Assembly: GCA_013390745.1 (NCBI GenBank)
Contig: JACASX010000009.1
Span: forward strand, 1 to 32,000
DNA length: 32,000 nucleotides
Source: Marine Group I thaumarchaeote
GTDB lineage: Archaea > Thermoproteota > Nitrososphaeria > Nitrososphaerales > Nitrosopumilaceae
Direction: 5' to 3'
Under the pieces are notes generated by a model. It had not been told where the DNA came from, ran no database searches, and saw only the letters and a program-made list of their open reading frames with translations. Positions 26,585-32,000 of this stretch are shown here, one piece after another (the first letter of the stretch is position 1; each line of letters opens with the position of its first letter). A program made the translations under genes and the position numbers.

Positions 26585-28975
26585 TTGCAGTTAGATAAAG
26601 GATTAGTTAAGGTTGAAAAGTCATCGCATTATGGACGCTATCTGCTAATAATTGGAATACTTGCTCTTTCCTTTTCATTATCTGTCGTGATGCGAGCACA
26701 GCCTCTAGAATATGGTTTTGAATTAAATGAGTATGACCCATTTTTCAATTACAGGGCAACTCAGTTTATGACAGAGAATGGTTTGCCAGCATATTTGGAA
26801 TGGAATGACGACTTGTCGTGGCATCCACATGGAAGGGATATTTCAACCACTTCACAAGTAATGCTTCATATTACTACTGCAACGCTTTACCAAATTTTTG
26901 GTATGGGTTCCAGCCTGTATGATTTTACCATATTGTTCCCATTGGTTGTTGGCTCACTTACTACAATTGTTATTTTTGCATTGGTTAGAACAATTGGAGG
27001 CACAACAGCTGGACTTTTTGCTTCGCTCTTCTTTGCCGTCTCTCCTATAATCATTATGAGAGGCTCAATAGGCTGGTTCAAGTCTGAGCCGCTGGGTCTT
27101 TTTTACGGATTGTTAGCTGTTTATCTCCTTATTAGCGGCATCAAATCAGACAAAGGAAAGGTATCTATCGCAAAGATTGTAGGAAGTGGTATCTTTCTGG
27201 CCTTTGGTCTTACTTCATGGGGAGGCATCCAGTTTTTCATATTACCAATAGGACTTTTTTTCTTAGCATTACCATTCCTAAGAAAAGATAACAAGTTCAT
27301 CGTATTGACTTCTGTTATTTTCACATCTACACTAGTTTTGGTAACTATACTATTTGACTTATTGAAAGCTATTGGATTACCAGTAGAAACTTTAGCTGGG
27401 GATTTACTAAGCCTAAATGCGCTTTTCATGATTGGATGCACTGGATTTCTGGTAGCGTATGTCATAATCAGGGTGATATTGAAAAAAGTACAGTTACGTA
27501 GTGGTCTCGCACTCTTAAGCGGTACCATAATAGCTGGAATTGCTATAGTCTCTTCAGGCATGGATATCGTTACTTTGCCGTCTTTTAGGTATCTTAATGC
27601 CGCAAACCCCCTTTTGATTACAACTAACATGCTTACAGATTCTGTATCTGAGCATGCAACATCAACCATCGATATTTCATTTTACTTCTTCTCAGTTTTG
27701 ATGGTCTTTGCAGGACTAGGAGCTTGGTTGCTCTTCCAAAAAAAAGTAAACCGTTCTTTGCAAATTAAAGGCGAAATGGCTGCATTTGCTCTCATAATAG
27801 GATTTCTTGGAATCTATTTCAGCTCTGCATTTGTAAGATTGGAAGTATTTGGTTCAATCTCAGTTATAATATTATCATCTATAGGCATATCAATTCTAAT
27901 ATCAAAAATCCTAAAAGATGGACATAAACCTGCAAGTGCTGTAACTAAAATTTCTTTTCTGGCTATAATTGTAGCCTTGTTAATGGTACCAATGGCTTAT
28001 CCTGAAGAATTTAACTGGTCAAATAACAACGTTGGATTACCTATTACCATACTGAATAGCGGTACTCAGTTTAATGTGTCCACAAATGATTGGGCTGATG
28101 CCATGCAGTGGTTAAGGGAAAATACTCCTAAAGATGCCGTTATTGCATCATGGTGGGATTATGGATACTGGATTTCCACTCTTGGTGAAAGAAAAACTTT
28201 AGCTGATAATTCAACACTATTAGATTGGCAGATTAGAAAAATAGCAGCTACGTATATGAGCACGCCGGAAGATGCTTGGCGAATTTTAACGAGTGATGTA
28301 GATACTGATGTAAGTTCATACTATGTAACTTTACCAGCTGATGTTACTAATCCAACTAAACCTACAAATGACATTTATGATGAGAAGCAAAATAAGCTCG
28401 ATCAATTCAAAAATTGGAAAGATGATCCTACAATAGAAAAAATATACGGTCCTGAAATAGCTGAAAAATATCCCACGTTGTTTGATTATTGGGAACAAGA
28501 AGTGTATGTTCTTTCACCAGTAATTACTGGTCTAGATGCTGACTATGTTATAATAAATCTTGCAGCGGAGAAACTGAGTGCAGAAAACATAATGGATTTG
28601 TATGTACTTAAACAAAAAGGCGGTGATGAAAGTAAGGCTTTTTGGTTTCTTAAAATAGCGGATTTGCGTATTTTGGATTATTATAATCCAGAACTATCGG
28701 GTTACAGTGATAAATTCTGGGATGAAACACTTTTAGGAAAATTAATACCATTTACACATATAGTATATGTAGACACTATTAATCCTGAAATTCAATCAGA
28801 AACTTTCAAGCCAGGTTACACTTCAATCTATGTTAAAAATATCAAGTTTCCAATGAATGGAGACGGTCCATTTCAATTGGTATATGTTCCTCCATCATTT
28901 GAGATGGATGCACCTGGTCCACTGACTGGTCCTCTAATTTACAAAATAAACAAAGAGTATAACCCAAATCAATAA
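26585..28975 (+). CDS. aglB: Archaeal oligosaccharyltransferase AglB (STT3 family)
   Basis: About 13 N-terminal TM helices with an NEYDPFF first-loop acidic motif. WWDYGYW lies at nt 28151-28171, followed by TLADNSTLLDWQIRKIAATYMS, which resembles the eukaryote-type DNNTWNNxHI..VG.AM block. The track start is TTG and the true start is uncertain. Confidence 0.9.
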   Translation: MQLDKGLVKVEKSSHYGRYLLIIGILALSFSLSVVMRAQPLEYGFELNEYDPFFNYRATQFMTENGLPAYLEWNDDLSWHPHGRDISTTSQVMLHITTATLYQIFGMGSSLYDFTILFPLVVGSLTTIVIFALVRTIGGTTAGLFASLFFAVSPIIIMRGSIGWFKSEPLGLFYGLLAVYLLISGIKSDKGKVSIAKIVGSGIFLAFGLTSWGGIQFFILPIGLFFLALPFLRKDNKFIVLTSVIFTSTLVLVTILFDLLKAIGLPVETLAGDLLSLNALFMIGCTGFLVAYVIIRVILKKVQLRSGLALLSGTIIAGIAIVSSGMDIVTLPSFRYLNAANPLLITTNMLTDSVSEHATSTIDISFYFFSVLMVFAGLGAWLLFQKKVNRSLQIKGEMAAFALIIGFLGIYFSSAFVRLEVFGSISVIILSSIGISILISKILKDGHKPASAVTKISFLAIIVALLMVPMAYPEEFNWSNNNVGLPITILNSGTQFNVSTNDWADAMQWLRENTPKDAVIASWWDYGYWISTLGERKTLADNSTLLDWQIRKIAATYMSTPEDAWRILTSDVDTDVSSYYVTLPADVTNPTKPTNDIYDEKQNKLDQFKNWKDDPTIEKIYGPEIAEKYPTLFDYWEQEVYVLSPVITGLDADYVIINLAAEKLSAENIMDLYVLKQKGGDESKAFWFLKIADLRILDYYNPELSGYSDKFWDETLLGKLIPFTHIVYVDTINPEIQSETFKPGYTSIYVKNIKFPMNGDGPFQLVYVPPSFEMDAPGPLTGPLIYKINKEYNPNQ

Positions 28976-28992
28976 TTGGTAAAAACTAAATA

Positions 28993-30189
28993 TTATTTTT
29001 TATACTTTTCCGCTTCTTCGGATCCACCGGTAGCAGTTCCTTTACTATAAGAATGAGCACCTGCACCAGCGAGTTCTCCATTCTGTACAATTAGGTATTG
29101 GGCTCTAATTGGTGTATCATCAAAGAAGCATTCCAATATTTCTCTCGTACCGGCGGCATATCTTGCCTGCGCTGATAATGATGTGCCTGAAGTGTGTGGT
29201 GTCATGCCATGATTTGGCATAGTTCTCCAGACGTGATCGTTAGGTGCTGGCTGAGGAAACCAAACATCTCCCGCGTACCCGCTTAACTGTCCAGATTTTA
29301 AAGCGTCTGCAATTGCTTCTCTATTACAAATTTTTCCTCTAGCAGTATTAATAAGATAAGCACCTTTTTTCATCTTGCTAATTAATTCCTTATCAAACAT
29401 ATTTTCTGTTTCTGGATGTAATGGGCAGTTAATTGTAACCACATCGCACACAGCAACCATTGATTCCACAGATTCGTGGAACGTTAAATCTAATTCTTTT
29501 TCAACCGATTCAGGTAATCTGTGTCTGTCAAAATAATGCAAATGAGTTTCAAAAGGTTTCAATTTTCTTAAAGCAGCTAATCCTATTCTACCTGCTGCTA
29601 CGGTACCTATGTGCATACCTTCTACATCATAGGAACGTTGTACAGCATCAGCAATATTCCAACCACCTGATTTTGCAATTGCGTGTTGATTATGATAATC
29701 TCTAACCATAGATAAAATCATCATAACAATATGTTCAGATACAGAAATTGAATTGCAATATGTAACTTCGACGACATCGACTTTGTTGTCCATTGCGGCC
29801 TGTAAATCAACATGATCTGAGCCAATACCCGCTGTAATTGCTAATTTTAAATTTTTTGCTTTTTCTATTAGTTCTCTTGTTAAATAGAATGGCCAAAACG
29901 GTTGTGATATTACAACATCAGCATCAACTATTTCTTTAGCAGCGACTGAATTATCACCATCTTTATCAGACGTAACTACTAATGTATGCTCTCTTTCTTC
30001 TAAAAATTTTCTTAATCCTAATTCACCAGAAACACAACCAAGTAATTCGCCTGGTGTGAAGTCAATTGCTTTTGGTGTTGGCAGCGTCATACCATCTGGA
30101 TAGTTTTTTAATTCTGGTAGTTCGCTTAATGGATAGTTCTTCGGCATTCCGTCTTTGGGATCATCATACAATACACATAGTATTTTCAT
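28993..30189 (-). CDS. fdh: NAD+-dependent formate dehydrogenase (metal-independent, D-2-hydroxyacid dehydrogenase superfamily)
   Basis: KILCVLYDDPKDGMPKNY, DADVVISQPFWPFYLT, GTVAAGRIGLA, INTARG, GMTPHTSGTSLSAQARYAAGTREILECFF and the GGSEEAEKYKK tail closely match the Pseudomonas sp. 101-type FDH sequence as I remember it. Confidence 0.9.
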   Translation of the reverse strand: MKILCVLYDDPKDGMPKNYPLSELPELKNYPDGMTLPTPKAIDFTPGELLGCVSGELGLRKFLEEREHTLVVTSDKDGDNSVAAKEIVDADVVISQPFWPFYLTRELIEKAKNLKLAITAGIGSDHVDLQAAMDNKVDVVEVTYCNSISVSEHIVMMILSMVRDYHNQHAIAKSGGWNIADAVQRSYDVEGMHIGTVAAGRIGLAALRKLKPFETHLHYFDRHRLPESVEKELDLTFHESVESMVAVCDVVTINCPLHPETENMFDKELISKMKKGAYLINTARGKICNREAIADALKSGQLSGYAGDVWFPQPAPNDHVWRTMPNHGMTPHTSGTSLSAQARYAAGTREILECFFDDTPIRAQYLIVQNGELAGAGAHSYSKGTATGGSEEAEKYKK

Positions 30190-30195
30190 AATTTA

Positions 30196-30201
30196 CTCCT
30201 C
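30196..30201 (-). promoter_or_regulatory. Shine-Dalgarno-like GAGGAG 6 nt upstream of the fdh ATG, inside the 36-nt tes-fdh spacer
   Basis: Plus strand ctcctc at 30196-30201. It is complementary to the conserved CCUCC 3' end of 16S rRNA. This suggests fdh is an internal cistron co-transcribed with tes. Confidence 0.35.
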
Positions 30202-30225
30202 TTCTTTTTATCGTTAGGTTACTAA

Positions 30226-31893
30226 TTACGTAGTTGCCTGTTGTGCATCATGAAACATCTGACTCTTGGCACAACCTGAGGCAAGATCGTCTCCTGCACC
30301 CCTTCTCATAAGACCTCTGTAAAGTCCATCTTCTAGTTTTTCACCTTGTTGTTCTTCCCATTCCTCGACGGTAATGGAATATTTCTTTTGGATTCTATCT
30401 CTATACCACTCTGGAATTACATTAAATGCACAGAAAGGAATGACTCTAAGGTCTGGTGTAGTGTAATGTATGTCACATCTCTGTAATCTTTCAAGGTCTT
30501 CATTATACTTGTCCTGGAAGTGCATCATACCTAAGAATAGTCCTTTGACATGGAAGCCACCAACTGCATCAAATGATCTTTTCATTAGTATAGTGCTAAA
30601 CATTTTCGCCAAATCTAGACCGGCTGGCTGTTTACTCTTATCAATGAAACCTTTCAGTTTTCTTACTACTTCTAGCATTGTAAAGTACTTGTTAGCACCA
30701 GAACGAATGTCTTCTGATTTGTCCTCAAACAATTCAAGCATTCCTTGAAGGTCACAGAACCGTGTCATAGGGACAAATTTCTTTGTATCTGCATCTTCAA
30801 AGACATATGTGCCTGCACCACAAGCAAAATGAATTGATAATTCATACTTTGGTTTACTTGAAAACGCCTCAATCACGTTTGTAAGTGGCATACAGCTTGG
30901 TACAGGATACCAATCATCAACTGTCACCTGACCTTGTGTTTGTTCCTCAATTCTTTGTATACAATCAGGAACGGTGATCCTATACTTTTCTCTTTCAGTT
31001 TTTCCCATCCTTCCAGTCAACGATACTGGTTGGAAGTTTACCGCGTGTACAACATCCATGTTCTTTTGTGCATATCTAATAATGCCACCAAGCTCATGAT
31101 CGTTGATTGATTTAATTACAGTTGGAACAAAGACTACAGTAGTTCCAGTTTTTCTACAAGTATCTAGTGCATATGGGATTTCCCAGTGGTTTTTTGGATT
31201 GGTTCTAGCTGTTACACCATCAAAACTAAGATAAAGATTATTACATCCCGCCATTCTCACGTCACGACCTGCTTCTGGATCCAATGCATGACGTATTCCG
31301 TTGGTATTCATTTGTATATGATCAACATGTTCTTCCTTCATTATCTTGATCAAATCAGTGATATCTTCTCTTAGCATTGGTTCACCGCCAGTAATCTGCA
31401 TAGAGTTTCCAGGAATTGGCCTTTCAGCTCTAAGTGTTTTCATCATAGCGCGTACTTGATCTTGAGTTGGTTCATACATGTATGCACCTTCAAGACCTTT
31501 CTTTACATAAAAGAAACAATACCAACATGTTAGATCACATCTGTTTGTAACTATAATATTTGCAAGTCCGCTGTGAGAAAGGTGATTGGTACAAAGTCCA
31601 CAATTGTTTGGACAAGAACATTTGTCCTCCATCATAACGTTTGGTGCGTGGGCTCCTTTTCCATCAACCCAATAAGTACTGAATTTCTTGTACATATCAT
31701 AGGAGCCGAAATATAGCTCTTCACATTCTCCGTGTGTTGGACAAATCTTTGACATGAAGACTTGATCATCTCTTTCAAATACTTCAGCATCTAGAATCAT
31801 ATTACAATCAGGACAAATGCTTTGAGTAAAACGAATAGTAGACTTTTTGCTTAATGATTTAGTCGATTGATTGGAAATCTGAATTAATGCCAT
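30226..31893 (-). CDS. tes: Radical SAM tetraether lipid synthase homolog (Tes / GDGT-MAS family, MJ0619-like)
   Basis: N-terminal zinc-ribbon CPDC...CPTHG, an extra Cys cluster CSCPNNCGLC, and radical SAM CDLTCWYC (C119/C123/C126, nt 31516-31539). The 555-aa length and layout fit the family. Confidence 0.7.
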   Translation of the reverse strand: MALIQISNQSTKSLSKKSTIRFTQSICPDCNMILDAEVFERDDQVFMSKICPTHGECEELYFGSYDMYKKFSTYWVDGKGAHAPNVMMEDKCSCPNNCGLCTNHLSHSGLANIIVTNRCDLTCWYCFFYVKKGLEGAYMYEPTQDQVRAMMKTLRAERPIPGNSMQITGGEPMLREDITDLIKIMKEEHVDHIQMNTNGIRHALDPEAGRDVRMAGCNNLYLSFDGVTARTNPKNHWEIPYALDTCRKTGTTVVFVPTVIKSINDHELGGIIRYAQKNMDVVHAVNFQPVSLTGRMGKTEREKYRITVPDCIQRIEEQTQGQVTVDDWYPVPSCMPLTNVIEAFSSKPKYELSIHFACGAGTYVFEDADTKKFVPMTRFCDLQGMLELFEDKSEDIRSGANKYFTMLEVVRKLKGFIDKSKQPAGLDLAKMFSTILMKRSFDAVGGFHVKGLFLGMMHFQDKYNEDLERLQRCDIHYTTPDLRVIPFCAFNVIPEWYRDRIQKKYSITVEEWEEQQGEKLEDGLYRGLMRRGAGDDLASGCAKSQMFHDAQQATT

Positions 31894-31919
31894 TACTACT
31901 ATTTTTTTTTTAAAATTAG

Positions 31920-31926
31920 TATATAA
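31920..31926 (-). promoter_or_regulatory. TATA-like element (ttatata on the minus strand) 27-33 nt upstream of the tes start codon
   Basis: Position and composition only. Consistent with a leaderless tes transcript. Confidence 0.3.
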
Positions 31927-32000
31927 TGACTTTCATACTTTACCCCGTGAAATAGTAGGATAATTTATAGAGTGTGTGACAACAAGTAAAGCGAGTAATG

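Noticed and set aside
27121-27669. A 182-aa ORF antisense to aglB, the longest of the unassigned ORFs in the track.
   Set aside because: It lies entirely inside the well-supported aglB reading frame on the opposite strand. Its composition mirrors the aglB TM-helix codons and it has no recognisable motif. It is a shadow ORF.
28993-30189. A generic D-2-hydroxyacid or phosphite dehydrogenase (PtxD-like) instead of formate dehydrogenase. A phosphite dehydrogenase would have been attractive in a reduced-phosphorus context.
   Set aside because: The N-terminal KILCVLYDDP extension, PFWPxYLT, AAGRIG and the C-terminal GGSEEA tail are FDH-specific features as I remember them. PtxD-like enzymes are shorter (~330 aa) and lack these.
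395-31374. About 25 other short ORFs (60-104 aa) in the track. Examples are 395..598, 4880..5071, 6480..6767, 7426..7647, 8140..8418, 9605..9829, 10481..10765, 14527..14724, 16432..16662, 19417..19659, 21291..21605, 22669..23241, 25867..26076, 29460..29705 and 30470..30748.
   Set aside because: Each is nested in or antisense to a longer ORF with clear family motifs. AT-rich DNA gives low-complexity I/F/K/N-rich translations. I saw no independent start or promoter context.
1-32000. A search by eye for tRNA/rRNA genes, CRISPR repeats, long direct or inverted repeats, and transposase/integrase genes that could mark the island as mobile.
   Set aside because: None was found. Intergenic regions are 183 bp or shorter and show no cloverleaf-like GC-rich stems or spaced repeats. 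This is not exhaustive without a computational scan.

Overview
This is an AT-rich, tightly packed archaeal segment, most likely from a marine ammonia-oxidising thaumarchaeon (Nitrosopumilales). The evidence for that is an STT3/AglB oligosaccharyltransferase, a Tes/GDGT-MAS-type tetraether-lipid radical SAM enzyme, a two-subunit ComDE-like decarboxylase, and TATA-like boxes about 26 nt upstream of start codons, which suggests leaderless mRNAs.

Positions ~400-26500 form a cell-surface glycan island built around a complete phosphonate pathway. The core runs pepM (with the diagnostic EDKx5NS motif), split phosphonopyruvate decarboxylase, Fe-alcohol dehydrogenase (phosphonoacetaldehyde reductase), then a MpnS/HEPD-family cupin oxygenase. 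This core resembles the methylphosphonate cluster described in Nitrosopumilus maritimus.

Around the core sit:
- two LicC-like nucleotidyltransferases
- two TagF-like CDP-alcohol-type phosphotransferases, one of them split into a 68-aa membrane anchor plus a catalytic domain
- four alkaline-phosphatase-superfamily 'sulfatase-like' proteins that carry Thr at the nucleophile position rather than Cys/Ser-FGly
- three GT4 glycosyltransferases
- a UDP-uronic acid block
- an asparagine-synthetase-like amidoligase
- a 190-aa pyruvate-kinase-barrel-like mini-protein
- an uncharacterised operon of nucleotidyltransferase, Fe(II)/2OG oxygenase and B12-type radical SAM enzyme, which follows the fosfomycin Fom1/Fom3 logic

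The right end carries aglB, an NAD-dependent formate dehydrogenase and tes.

I saw no rRNA, tRNA, CRISPR array, transposase or integrase. All homology calls come from motif recognition by eye. No searches or alignments were run, and start codons (several TTG/GTG) are provisional.
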